A stretch of 64,000 nucleotides of DNA from Myxococcota bacterium (GTDB lineage Bacteria > Myxococcota_A > UBA9160 > UBA4427), in assembly GCA_036336835.1 (NCBI GenBank), contig JAYZFK010000005.1, positions 53,251-117,250 of the forward strand, written 5' to 3'. Made by a program: the position numbers and the translations under genes. The notes below the pieces were generated by a model that did no database searches, had not been told where the DNA came from, and worked only from the letters and a program-made list of their open reading frames with translations. Below, in pieces: positions 38,309 through 49,500 of this stretch (position 1 is the stretch's first letter; each line of letters starts with the position of its first letter).

Positions 38309-38338
38309 GTGGCACACATCCCAGTGGGTGTGTGACAC
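38309..38338. promoter_or_regulatory. Imperfect palindrome (possible operator) upstream of the His-rich gene
   Basis: GTGGCACACATCCCA-G-TGGGTGTGTGACAC. Confidence 0.4.
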
Positions 38339-38370
38339 TCGATATGGGTACGACAGAGAGAGGAGACTCG

Positions 38371-38649
38371 ATGACGAGACTGACGACGACGCTCCTGACC
38401 GTATCGGCACTGATTGCCTTCGGTGCTGCTGCCCAGGCCGGCCATCACGAGAGCCACGAGGGGCACGAGGGGCACGACACGAAGGCAGCGCACGGCGAGC
38501 AGGTGGACCACGCTGAGTGCAACCACGCTGCCGACGAGCCCTGTCCCCACCACGCCGACGGCGGGCAGTGCCCGCATCACTCCGGCAAGCAGTGCTCGCA
38601 CACGGCCGAAAAGCCCTGTACCCACGGCGACAAGGAAGCGGGCTCGTAG
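38371..38649 (+). CDS. Secreted His/Cys-rich putative metal-binding protein (92 aa)
   Basis: GAGGAG RBS and AQA signal cleavage. The mature 69 aa has 14 His and 5 CxH motifs. Confidence 0.8.
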   Translation: MTRLTTTLLTVSALIAFGAAAQAGHHESHEGHEGHDTKAAHGEQVDHAECNHAADEPCPHHADGGQCPHHSGKQCSHTAEKPCTHGDKEAGS

Positions 38650-38695
38650 TCCGACTGCCCCCGACACACCCAGGATCGAGAGGAGCCGGCCCGGA

Positions 38696-39190
38696 ATGGC
38701 GCGCGGGGGGAGCCCCTTTCTTTCGCCCGAAGAAGTGCTCGCGCGCTTCACGGGGGGCCCCAAGACGGGGGTCTTCACGGACGGCTCGTGCGAGGGCAAT
38801 CCCGGCCCCGGTGGGTTCGGCTGGGTCTGGGTCGAGGCCAATGAGATCGTCGACTCCGGCCACGGCTACGACCCCCAGACGACCAACAACCGGATGGAGC
38901 TGGCAGCGCTGATCGCGGCGTACCGGAGGATCCCGCAGACCGAGGCGCTCACCATCTACTCGGACTCGAAGCTGTGCGTCGATACGTTGACGCAGTGGGC
39001 CGCAGGCTGGGAGCGGCGCGGCTGGAAGCGCAAGAGTGGCCCGATCGCGAACCTCGAGCTCGTGCGCGAGGCCTACGCGCTGTCGCTGGCCCACCCGCAC
39101 GTGACGCTGCAGTGGATCAAAGCGCACGACGGATCACGCTGGAACGAGTATGCCGACGCGCTTGCGACGACCTACCAGCGCGAGGCCTGA
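38696..39190 (+). CDS. rnhA: Ribonuclease HI
   Basis: FTDGSCEGNPGPGG, TTNNRMEL, YSDS, WIKAH and NEYAD motifs. Confidence 0.95.
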   Translation: MARGGSPFLSPEEVLARFTGGPKTGVFTDGSCEGNPGPGGFGWVWVEANEIVDSGHGYDPQTTNNRMELAALIAAYRRIPQTEALTIYSDSKLCVDTLTQWAAGWERRGWKRKSGPIANLELVREAYALSLAHPHVTLQWIKAHDGSRWNEYADALATTYQREA

Positions 39191-39227
39191 CACGACCGAA
39201 CCGCGAGCAGGGCCGGGGGCTTCGCGC

Positions 39228-39869
39228 TCACGGGGTCCGCGCCTCGAACCGATCGAAGTGGAGTGACTCCTCTACCGGCCGCCGGGGCGGACGGCCGTAG
39301 CGGCCAACCGGCCAGCCGATCGGGATCAGCGCGATGCTGGGCGTGTGCTCGGGATCGCGCCCGAGGTAGCTGTCGATCGCCTCGCCGTGAACCCGGTGCA
39401 GCATGGTGAGCGAGGCGCCGAGCCCGACGGCCCGGCAGGCGAGCAATACGTTCTGTGCGCAGGGGAACAAGGCCTGGGACTGCTCGATGCCGCGGCGTTT
39501 CCAGCCAGCGATGAACAGCTGAACCGGAGCCTCGTGCAGATGGGCTGCCAGATGCTGAGCAGAGCGGAGGTTGCGCTTCTTCTCCTCCGGAAATCGTGGA
39601 TCCTCGTCCATCGCCCGCTGCGCGTTGGCCTGGTAGCCGGCCCACGCCCTGCCATAACGCTCGGCCAGCCACGCGCGGCGCTCGGGATCGGTCACCGCGA
39701 CGAAGATCCACGGCTGTCGGTTGCCGCCAGAGGGCGCGAAGGTGCCGGCCTCGCAGACCTTGCGGACGAGCTCGGGCGGCACCGGATCGGGCTTCAGTCG
39801 CCGGATCGAGCGGGTGGTTCGGATGCCCTCGAGCAGGGGGACGTCCTCACCGAGCCTGTCGACGTCCAT
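39228..39869 (-). CDS. Nitroreductase family protein
   Basis: TRSIRR, APSGGNRQPW, QNVLLACRAVGLG and IPIGWP motifs. Confidence 0.93.
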   Translation of the reverse strand: MDVDRLGEDVPLLEGIRTTRSIRRLKPDPVPPELVRKVCEAGTFAPSGGNRQPWIFVAVTDPERRAWLAERYGRAWAGYQANAQRAMDEDPRFPEEKKRNLRSAQHLAAHLHEAPVQLFIAGWKRRGIEQSQALFPCAQNVLLACRAVGLGASLTMLHRVHGEAIDSYLGRDPEHTPSIALIPIGWPVGRYGRPPRRPVEESLHFDRFEARTP

Positions 39870-39876
39870 GGCGACA

Positions 39877-41058
39877 CTAGTTCCCGGTCGAGATCGGCAG
39901 GTTTACATAGCCCTTCACGTGTGCCTGGTAGGTGCGGGTCAGACCGTCGGGGTCCACCTCGTAGTGCGGGAAGCGCGCGGCGATCTCCTCGAGCGCAATG
40001 CGCGTCTCGAGGCGGGCCAGACTCTTGCCGATGCAGACGTGGTGTCCGTGGCCGAAGTAGAGCTCGCGGTCGTGCTGACGCGTTACGTCGAAGCGGTCGG
40101 GATCCCGGTACTCGCGCTCGTCGCGGCAGGCGGCGCCCGTCACGAGGGCCACGCGAGCACCCTTCGGAATCGTCACACCGTGCCAGGTCGAGTCCTCGAG
40201 CGCCACGCGCCCCTGGAACTGCGACGGCGCCTCGTAGCGCAGGATCTCCTCGATCGCGTTGGGAATGCGGTCGTAGTCGTCCCACAGCATCTGACGCTGC
40301 TCGGGGTGCCGCCAGAGCAGGTAGACCGCGTGGCCGAGCAGCTTGGCGGTGGTCTCCGCACCGGCAGCAGCGAGCAGCGTCGTGAAGGCACCGCACTCCT
40401 CCTGCGAGAGCTGCCGAATCTTGCCGTCGACGTCCTCGAACTCGGCCTCGGCAAGCACCGTGATCAGGTCCTCGCGCGGGCTGGTGCGCCGTTCGCTGAT
40501 CAGCTTGCTCACGTACTCGCGCGAGCTCGTGAGGCCGAATGCGGCTTTCGCGTCGAGTCCACCGTCGGGATTGCGCTCGAGCCCCTTGTCGACCCACTGG
40601 CGGTACTCGTCGCGATCCTCCTTCGGAATTCCGAGCAGCACGCTGATCACATCCATCGGGAACTTGACCGCGAACTCCTGCTCGAAGTCGAACTCGCTGC
40701 ACGTCGCTAGCGGCTCGAGATACTCCTTGGCGAGCCCGCGGATCTGGTCTTCCAGCGCCGCCATCCGGCGCGGTGTGAAGCCACGGCTGATCACGTTGCG
40801 CAGACGGGTGTGGCTCGGCGGATCCATGCCGATGATCGAGAACAGCGTGCCGTCCAGCTCTCCCCGGTTCTCGAGCGTGGGGCCGTAGGAAGAGCTCATC
40901 GTCTCCCAGTCGAGCGTGGCATCCCAGACATCGTCGAATCGGAAGAGCGAGTAGAAATCCATGTCCGGGTTGTAGCTGCACGGATCTTCGTCGCGGAAGT
41001 GCTTGTACAGCGGATACGGATCTTCCTGAAAGGGTCGCGAGTACGGCTGGTAGATCAT
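39877..41058 (-). CDS. Cytochrome P450
   Basis: MDPPSH, AGAETT, EEILR and FGHGHHVCIG heme motif. Confidence 0.97.
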   Translation of the reverse strand: MIYQPYSRPFQEDPYPLYKHFRDEDPCSYNPDMDFYSLFRFDDVWDATLDWETMSSSYGPTLENRGELDGTLFSIIGMDPPSHTRLRNVISRGFTPRRMAALEDQIRGLAKEYLEPLATCSEFDFEQEFAVKFPMDVISVLLGIPKEDRDEYRQWVDKGLERNPDGGLDAKAAFGLTSSREYVSKLISERRTSPREDLITVLAEAEFEDVDGKIRQLSQEECGAFTTLLAAAGAETTAKLLGHAVYLLWRHPEQRQMLWDDYDRIPNAIEEILRYEAPSQFQGRVALEDSTWHGVTIPKGARVALVTGAACRDEREYRDPDRFDVTRQHDRELYFGHGHHVCIGKSLARLETRIALEEIAARFPHYEVDPDGLTRTYQAHVKGYVNLPISTGN

Positions 41059-41492
41059 CGGGTCACTCCGGTCGGAAGCTTCGTCTCTCCGAGTTCGATG
41101 ACGTGCTTGAATTCATTCTTCTCGACCGGCACCACCGACAGTCGCGAGCGGCGCACCAGCTGCATGTCCGCGAGCTTGGGATCCGCCTTGATCGTAGCCA
41201 GCGTGACCGGTGTCTTCAGCGCCACGACCGGCGCGAAGTCGACCACCACCCAGCGCTCGTCGTCGGTCGTCGGGTCCGGGTACGCCCGCTTCTTCACCCG
41301 CGCGACGCCGACGATCTCCTTGCCCTCGTTCGAGTGGTAGTAGAGGGCGAGGTCCCCTTTGCTCATCGCGGCGAGATTGTTGCGAGCCTCGTAGTTGCGA
41401 ACTCCGTCCCAGTAGGTCCACTTGTCCCGGACAAATTGCTCCCACGAGTACTTGTTCGGTTCCGATTTCACGAGCCAATAGGATCGACCCAT
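41055..41492 (-). CDS. EVE domain-containing protein
   Basis: YWLVKSEP, WDGVRNYEARN, YYHS and SRLSV motifs. Confidence 0.95.
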   Translation of the reverse strand: MGRSYWLVKSEPNKYSWEQFVRDKWTYWDGVRNYEARNNLAAMSKGDLALYYHSNEGKEIVGVARVKKRAYPDPTTDDERWVVVDFAPVVALKTPVTLATIKADPKLADMQLVRRSRLSVVPVEKNEFKHVIELGETKLPTGVTR

Positions 41493-41527
41493 CGATATCT
41501 CCTGGAAGGCCGCGGTATTCTACTGGA

Positions 41528-42430
41528 ATGGTGGCAGTCGAAGCGTACGGTCGGTCGACGGTATTGATCGGGCCGGATCGCGGGCGGTACCCGGATGGGA
41601 ACTCGCTGCTGGTGCGGGGCAGCGAGCAGACCGTGCTGGTCGATCCATCACTCGGGGTGCGCGGCCGGCGGGCGGAGCTCGAAGAGGTCGACTGGTGTCT
41701 TCTCAGCCACTGCCACGAGGACCACATCGCTGGGCTCGACCTGTTCGGCGACCGCCCGTTCCGGCTGCACGAGGCGGATGCGCCCGGGATCCGCTCGCTC
41801 GAGGCACTCCTCGCGATCTACGGCTTTCCGCCCGAGATCGAGGCGCCGTTTGCCGAGGTGCTGACCGGGCAGTTCCACTACAGGCCGCGCTCCGATGCCG
41901 AGACCTTCGTCGACGGCGCGGTGTTCGATCTCGGAGGTGTCCGAGTGCGCGTCGTGCACAGCCCGGGCCACACCCGGGGCCACTGCTGCTTCCTGATCGA
42001 GGACGCCGGGGACGAAGGTCCCCTGCTCTACCTCGGCGACATCGACCTCTCGAGCTTCGGCCCCTACTACGGCGATGCCTGGAGCGACCTCGAGGATTTC
42101 GAGCGAAGCCTGGCCCTGGTCCGCGACATCGAGGCGCGCTGGTACGCGACCTTCCACCACATCGGTGTCCTCGAGCGAGAGGCCTTTCTCGAGCGCCTCG
42201 ACCGCTTCGAGGCCGTGATCGCGAGCCGCGAGCAGCGCCTGCTCGAGTATCTCGCAGAGCCGCGTACGCTCGGGGAGATCGCCACCCACCGCTTCGTCTA
42301 CCGGCCGCAGGACGAGGTGCCGTTCGCCGAGGCCGTCGAGCGCCGGAGCATGGGCCAGCATCTGGCCCGGCTCGAGCGCCAGGGCCGCGTCAACCAGCCC
42401 GAGCCGGGCCGATTCCAGGCCGCGGCCTGA
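41528..42430 (+). CDS. MBL-fold metallo-hydrolase
   Basis: SHCHEDH, PGHT.GH and GDID motifs. C-terminal HTH-like segment. Confidence 0.92.
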   Translation: MVAVEAYGRSTVLIGPDRGRYPDGNSLLVRGSEQTVLVDPSLGVRGRRAELEEVDWCLLSHCHEDHIAGLDLFGDRPFRLHEADAPGIRSLEALLAIYGFPPEIEAPFAEVLTGQFHYRPRSDAETFVDGAVFDLGGVRVRVVHSPGHTRGHCCFLIEDAGDEGPLLYLGDIDLSSFGPYYGDAWSDLEDFERSLALVRDIEARWYATFHHIGVLEREAFLERLDRFEAVIASREQRLLEYLAEPRTLGEIATHRFVYRPQDEVPFAEAVERRSMGQHLARLERQGRVNQPEPGRFQAAA

Positions 42431-42536
42431 GCGGAACGCCGCCGCGGCCTGCGGTGTCTGCGCTTGATCCACGAGCGAATGGCGCGATAATTCCGCGCCC
42501 GATGCAATCCCGCCCCTGACACCCGGAGGTCCGACG

Positions 42537-43520
<984 letters not shown>

Positions 43521-43538
43521 TCGCCGGCGACCCTTCGC

Positions 43539-44495
43539 ATGCTCACCCGCGAGATCCTTCGCCGCGTTCGCGAGATCCAGGTTCGCACCGGCCGCCAGGT
43601 GGCCGATGTGCTCGCGGGTGAGTACGTCTCGGTCTTCAAGGGCCGCGGCATGGAGTTCGAGGAGGTGCGGCCGTACGTCGCCGGCGACGATATCCGTACC
43701 ATCGACTGGAACGTCACGGCGCGCACCGGCGCCCCCTACGTCAAACGCTACGTCGATGAACGCCAGCTCACACTGATGCTGATGGCGGACGTATCGGCGT
43801 CGCAGGACTTCGGCTCCGTCACGCGGAGCAAGCGCGAGGCGGCCGCCGAGCTGTGCGCGCTGCTGGCATTCAGCGCGACGCGCAATGACGACAAGGTCGG
43901 GCTCGCTCTCTTCCACAGCGATATCGAGCAATACATCCCACCGCGCAAGGGCCAGAAGCACGCGCTCCGCGTCGTGCGCGAGGTGCTCGCTCACGAGGAC
44001 GAGGGCACTTCGACGAGCGGGAGCTGGCGCGGCTGGCTGCGCTCGCCGCGCTTCGGCAGCCGCCGACCTCGGCAACCCCGCGAAGCCACTGACATCGGCC
44101 ACGCGCTCGAATTCCTGATGAAGGTCACACCGCGCCGCACCATCTGCTTCGTGGTGAGCGACTTCCTCGACGAAGGCTTCGAGCACGCCATGGTCGCCGC
44201 GAACCGCAAGCACGACGTGATCGCGGTACTCGTGACCGATCCGGCCGAGCTCTCGGTGCAGGACGTAGGCCTGGTCGCGCTGCGCGACGCCGAGTCGGGA
44301 GAGACGCGCCTCGTCGACACTGGCTCGGCCACCTTTCGCAACGAGGCCGGCGCGCGCGCGGCCGAGCGCGTCCGAGAGCTCGAGCACCGATTCCGCTCGC
44401 TCGGCATCGACTTCATCCACGTGGACGCCGCAGGCGACGTGGTCGATCCGCTGGTGCGCTTCTTCCGCATGCGCGAGCGAAGGACACGGCGTTGA
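43539..44495 (+). CDS. DUF58 domain-containing protein
   Basis: GRGMEFEEVR.Y..GDD.R.IDWNVTAR, DVSAS and SDF motifs. Confidence 0.95.
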   Translation: MLTREILRRVREIQVRTGRQVADVLAGEYVSVFKGRGMEFEEVRPYVAGDDIRTIDWNVTARTGAPYVKRYVDERQLTLMLMADVSASQDFGSVTRSKREAAAELCALLAFSATRNDDKVGLALFHSDIEQYIPPRKGQKHALRVVREVLAHEDEGTSTSGSWRGWLRSPRFGSRRPRQPREATDIGHALEFLMKVTPRRTICFVVSDFLDEGFEHAMVAANRKHDVIAVLVTDPAELSVQDVGLVALRDAESGETRLVDTGSATFRNEAGARAAERVRELEHRFRSLGIDFIHVDAAGDVVDPLVRFFRMRERRTRR

Positions 44496-45484
44496 CTCGC
44501 GCGTTAGCAGCACTTGCCCTGGCATTGGTCGTCCCGCCCACCGCTCTCGCGGCCGAGAGCATCGAGAAGACCGCCGAGCGCGGCCCCGTGATCGTCATTC
44601 TGCGAATCGAGCCCGCCGAGCCGATCATCGGCGACGTCGTCACGCTCGAACTCGAAGTGCGCGCGGAGCCGGACGTCGAGCTGCTGATGCCGGAGTTCGG
44701 CGAGGCGCTCGGCCGCTTCGAGATCGTCGACTTCGCTCCGCGCGAGGAGATCGCCGACACGGGCGCGACGATCGCCTGGCAGCGCTACCGGCTGCAACCC
44801 GCCCGCTCGGGCCGGCAGACGATCCCGCCGCTGCGCATCGAGTTCGTCGACCGCCGCGAGGGCCACCAGCTCGCGCCCGAAGGCGAGGAAGCCTACGAGC
44901 TGCTGACTGACCGGGTGGTGCTCGAAGTGGGCTCCGTGCTGCCCGCCGAGGCGCGGCTCGAGCTGCGCGCCGCACACGGGCCACTCGGACCGCGGCGCGA
45001 TGCACTGGGACCGTGGTGGGCCTGGGCGTTCGGTGCGGCGGCGCTGCTCGCCGCCGCGTCGCCGCTGCTGCTGCGCGCGGTTCGCAGCGCGCTGGCGCAG
45101 CGTCGCCAGGCCAGCGCCTACGAGATCGCGCGAAGCGAGCTCGATGCCCTGCTCTACGCCGGGCGTCCCGTGCGCGCCCAGAAGAGCATCGACGCCTTCT
45201 ACGTCAAGCTTTCGACGATCGTGCGCACCTACCTGGAGAGCCGCTTCGAGCTGCACTCGCCCGAGCAGACCACCGAGGAGTTCCTCAACGAGATGGGGCG
45301 CTCGCCGGACCTCGTCCGCTCGCACCAGCAGCTGCTTCGCGAGTTCCTCCAGTGCGCCGATCTGGTGAAGTTCGCGGCCCATCTGCCGAGCGAAGACGAC
45401 GTGGGTGCCCAGATCCGCGCTGCCGAGAACTTCCTCGAGGAGACACGAGATCAATCCGTCGCGCCCGGAGTGGCCCATGGCTGA
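44492..45484 (+). CDS. Bat-operon membrane protein (BatD-like N-terminal domain plus TM)
   Basis: Signal peptide, Ig-like region, TM, then the E.TTEEF...ADLVKFA C-terminus typical of the gene between DUF58 and batA. Confidence 0.85.
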   Translation: MTRALAALALALVVPPTALAAESIEKTAERGPVIVILRIEPAEPIIGDVVTLELEVRAEPDVELLMPEFGEALGRFEIVDFAPREEIADTGATIAWQRYRLQPARSGRQTIPPLRIEFVDRREGHQLAPEGEEAYELLTDRVVLEVGSVLPAEARLELRAAHGPLGPRRDALGPWWAWAFGAAALLAAASPLLLRAVRSALAQRRQASAYEIARSELDALLYAGRPVRAQKSIDAFYVKLSTIVRTYLESRFELHSPEQTTEEFLNEMGRSPDLVRSHQQLLREFLQCADLVKFAAHLPSEDDVGAQIRAAENFLEETRDQSVAPGVAHG

Positions 45485-46502
45485 CATCGAGCTCCGGGAC
45501 CCGCTGTTCCTGGTGGCGGCACTGCTGGCCCCACTCGTCTACCTGCTCGCGTCGCGGCTGCCCGCCTCCGTCACCTACTCCAGCCTTGCGCTGGTACGCG
45601 GAGCGCGCTCGCTGCGTGCACGGCTCGCCTGGCTGCCGGCGGCCCTGCTGGCACTGGCGACGCTGCTGCTGGCCATCGCGCTCGCGGGCCCGCGTACCGG
45701 AAACGCGGTCACCCAGGTCAAGCGCGATGGCATCGCCATCGCGATGGTGGTCGATCGCTCGAGCTCGATGGAGGCCCGCGACTTCGTGCGCGGCGACACG
45801 AGCACCAGCCGGCTCGAGGTGGTCAAGAAGATCTTCCACGACTTCGTGGAGGGCAGCAGCGACTTCGGCGAGGGCCGTCCCGACGATCTGATCGGACTCG
45901 TCGCCTTTGCGCGCTTCGCGGACGGCCTGTGCCCGCTGACACTCGACCACGGCAACCTGCTCGCAATGCTCGACGATCTGTCGGTCCCGACCGAGCAGAG
46001 CGAGGACGGCAGGGCCGTGGGCGAGGGGCTGGCGCGGGCCGTCGAGCGACTCCGCCGGCACGAGACCGCCTCGAAGATCGCGATCCTGCTCACGGACGGC
46101 GTCAACAACGCCGGCGACATCGATCCGTTGCAGGCCGCCGACCTCGCCGCGCAGCACAGCATCAAGGTCTACGCGATCGGCGCCGGCCGGACCGGCCGAG
46201 CGCCCTATCCCGTCCGAATGCGCAACGGGCGCGTCCAGCTGCGGCCCGTGATGGTCGAGATCGATGAGAAGACGCTGCAAGAGATCGCACGGCGCAGCGG
46301 CGGCCGCTACTTCCACGCCACCGACGCGGACGGGTTGCGCGAGGTCGTGGCCGAGATCGCGCGGCTCGAGCGCAGCGAGCTGAGCGAGGTCCGCTACCTC
46401 GAGTACGAGCACCACTTCGCACCCTTCGTCGCGTCGGCGCTCGGCCTGACCGTGCTGGCTGTCCTGCTCTCGGCAACCTGGCTGCGGAGGCTCCCCGCGT
46501 GA
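45477..46502 (+). CDS. batA: VWA domain protein BatA
   Basis: N-terminal TMs, MIDAS DRSSS, CPLTLD, LLTDG.NN and GGRYF.A motifs. Confidence 0.9.
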   Translation: MADIELRDPLFLVAALLAPLVYLLASRLPASVTYSSLALVRGARSLRARLAWLPAALLALATLLLAIALAGPRTGNAVTQVKRDGIAIAMVVDRSSSMEARDFVRGDTSTSRLEVVKKIFHDFVEGSSDFGEGRPDDLIGLVAFARFADGLCPLTLDHGNLLAMLDDLSVPTEQSEDGRAVGEGLARAVERLRRHETASKIAILLTDGVNNAGDIDPLQAADLAAQHSIKVYAIGAGRTGRAPYPVRMRNGRVQLRPVMVEIDEKTLQEIARRSGGRYFHATDADGLREVVAEIARLERSELSEVRYLEYEHHFAPFVASALGLTVLAVLLSATWLRRLPA

Positions 46503-49500
46503 ACTCGACATCGCTCCACTTCGCGAGCCCGGAACTCGCCTCGCTGCTGTGGGTCTGGCTCGGCTTCGCCGTGCTGCTCGTGCTGCTCGAGCGACGCGGC
46601 TCGGGCGCACTCGATCGCCTGGTCGCCGGCGCGCTGCAGTCGAGGCTCGTCGAGCGGCCTGCCAACTGGCGCCGCTGGCTTCGCGTGGCGCTGCTGTTGC
46701 TCGCCAGTCTGTTCATGGTGCTCGCGCTGATGCGCCCCCAGTGGGGCCTGCGATTCGTCGCCACGCCTCGCGTCGGCGCCGAGATCATGATTGCGCTCGA
46801 CGTCTCGCGCTCGATGCTGGCCGACGACACCAAGCCCTCGCGGCTCGAGCGCGCCAAGGCCGAGGTCACCGACCTGCTCAGCTATCTCGGTCAGGACCAC
46901 GTCGGACTGATCGCCTTCGCGGGCCGGGCGAGCGTGTTGTCGCCCATGACGCCCGACCGCAGCTTTCTGCGACTCGTACTCGACAACGTCGGGCCGCACT
47001 CGGTGTCACGCGGCGGCACGAACCTCGCCGAGCCGATCCTGCGCGCGGTGAGCGGTCTCGGCGAACCGGGCCCCGCGCAACGCGCGCTGATCCTGATCAC
47101 CGACGGCGAGGATCATGACTCGTTTGCGCTCGACGCCGCCAAGCAGGCCGCCGAAGCTGGCATCAAGATCATCGCGATCGGGTTCGGCGACGAAGCGGGC
47201 AGCCAGATCTATCTCACCGACCCACGCACACGCGCGCGAACCCTGCTGCGCGACGGCTCTGGCGATCCCGTCCTGAGCCGACTCGACGGCGAGCTGCTGC
47301 GCGAGATCGCGCTCGCCACCGACGGCGCCTACATCCCGGCCGGGACGGGCGTACTCGACCTGACCTCGATCTACCAGGAGCACATCGAGGGCCTCACCCG
47401 CAGCCAGCTCGACTCGCGGGGTCGCAGCATTCGCGACGAGATGTACGCGTGGTTCGTGCTGCTCGCGATCGTGTGCCTGGTGGCGGCCGTCGCGATTGCA
47501 GCCGGACGCGGGGAGGCGGGGGCGCGCCCCGGCACGCGGCTGGCCGCCCTTGCACTCGCGATCGGACTCTCGCTGGCCCCCGCGGTCGAGGCCCAGCCCG
47601 GTCCGGACGAGCCGGACGCCCTCGCGACGAGCGAGGCACCGGTCGACGACGACGCCCTCGCCCCGGAGTCCCCCGGACCCGTGGGGGTCGAGGAGACACC
47701 TCGCGAGCAGTTCAATCGTGCGACCGCGGCGCTGGCCAACAGGGAGCCGGCGAGCGCCGAGCCGCTGCTGCTCGAATCCCGCCAACGGGCGACCGACGAC
47801 ACCGAGCTTCGCTACGCAACGGCCTACAACCTGGGCATCGCAGCCGTCGAGCGCGCCGAAGCAATCGAGCCGGCACAGCCACAAGAGGCGCTCGAGGCGC
47901 TGTACGAAGCGGCAGACTGGTTTCGCACCGCGAGCGCTCAGCATCCCGACGATCCCGATTCGCGACACAACCTGGATGTCGCGCTGCGCAAGGCACTCAT
48001 CCTGGCCGACTTTCTCGCGAAGCAGAGCGAGCGCGGTCTGGCCGAAGAGCTCGACGCTCTGCTCGGCGCGCAACGCGCGCGCGTCGCGGATGCAGCGGGG
48101 CTGCTCGAACAGGTCGTGCACGGCGGAGAGCTCGACGGAGCCGAGCGCCTGCGCCCGGCCTTCGCGGCTTCGGCCACCGAGCAACGCACGTTGCTGGCCG
48201 AGGCCGCGGAGTTCGGCGAGCGAGCGGCGTTGGAGCGCGACTCCATCGCCGCGATGAACGAGCAGGAGCGATCGCCTCAGGACGCGATGCGAGGCGCCCA
48301 GCTCGACGCCGTGCTGCACTACCTCGACGCGGCGCTCGAGCGCATGGGCCAGGCGCGCAGCCAGCTGCGCAAACGCAGTGCCGAGCGCGCCTATCGTCGC
48401 AGCTCGGCGGCGCTCGCCGAGCTGGCGCGCGCGCGTGATCAGCTCCGCGACCCGGTCGAGCAGATCGGGGTACTGATGGCCGAGATCGGCGGGCTCGTCC
48501 GCTCGAGTGCGGCATTGGCGACAGAGGGAAAGATGCTGCCGGGCTCGAGCGAGCCCGTGCGTATCCCGGCCTTCCTGACCCCCGAATCCGCCCAGCGGGA
48601 CAACGATCGGGTGCAAGAGCGGGTCGCCGCGCTCGCGGCCGGATTCGAGGCCGGTCTCGAGGCGGCGGCACAGCAGGCCGACGACCCGGCGGCGGGCGCG
48701 CAGCCGTCCTCGCCCGAGCAGCAGGCGATGCTCGCGGCGGTAGCCGAAGCAACACCCCACGTCTCCGCGGCAGCGCACGGCCTGGGAGATGCCAGCCGCG
48801 TACTCGGCGAGCAACGCTATCGCGAGACGCTCGAGGCCCAGCGCCTCGCGGGCGCGGCCCTCGCGGAGGCGCGCGAGCGCTTCTTCGACCTGCGGCAGCT
48901 CCTCGAAGCCGCCTACACGGACGAGCGGCAGATCGCCGAGATCGCCGGCTCGAGCGAGACCGAGATCGCCCGCTTCCACGACGAATATGCGCCGGCGCTG
49001 CGCGAGCTGCAGAACAAGAACCTCGGGCGCGGCGAGAGACTCGACGACCTCCTGAAGAAGCAGGCCCAGGAGATGGAGGATGCGGCTGCAGCGGCTGCCG
49101 TCGAGGCGGAGGGCGACCCGAACGCCGCCGAACAGATCGCGGCGGCGAGCAAGGCACAGCGCGAACGGCTTGGAGTGGCCTCCCAGCTGCTGACGCACGC
49201 GCTCGCCGCAATGGACGACGCCATCGAGGCCCTCGGCGAGGACGGCGCAACCCCGCAGTGGCCCGAAGCCGCGACCGCCGCGCGCCAGTCGGCAGACCAG
49301 CTCGAAATCCTGCGCACGCTCTTCTTCTCGATCGTCGAGCACGTGCGCGAGCTGGCTCGCCTCCAGCTCGAGCTGGCCGACCGCACGCAGGATGCAGCTG
49401 CGCTCGCCGCGGCGGAGCACGGATCCGCGTCGCGCGCAGCCGACGCGCCCGGCGATGACGAGTCCCAGTTGCCCGTGCCCGTGCCCGTGCGCGGGCCCGA

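Noticed and set aside
38310..38326. TGGCAC as a sigma-54 promoter upstream of the His-rich gene
   Set aside because: No GC/TTGC at the -12 position.
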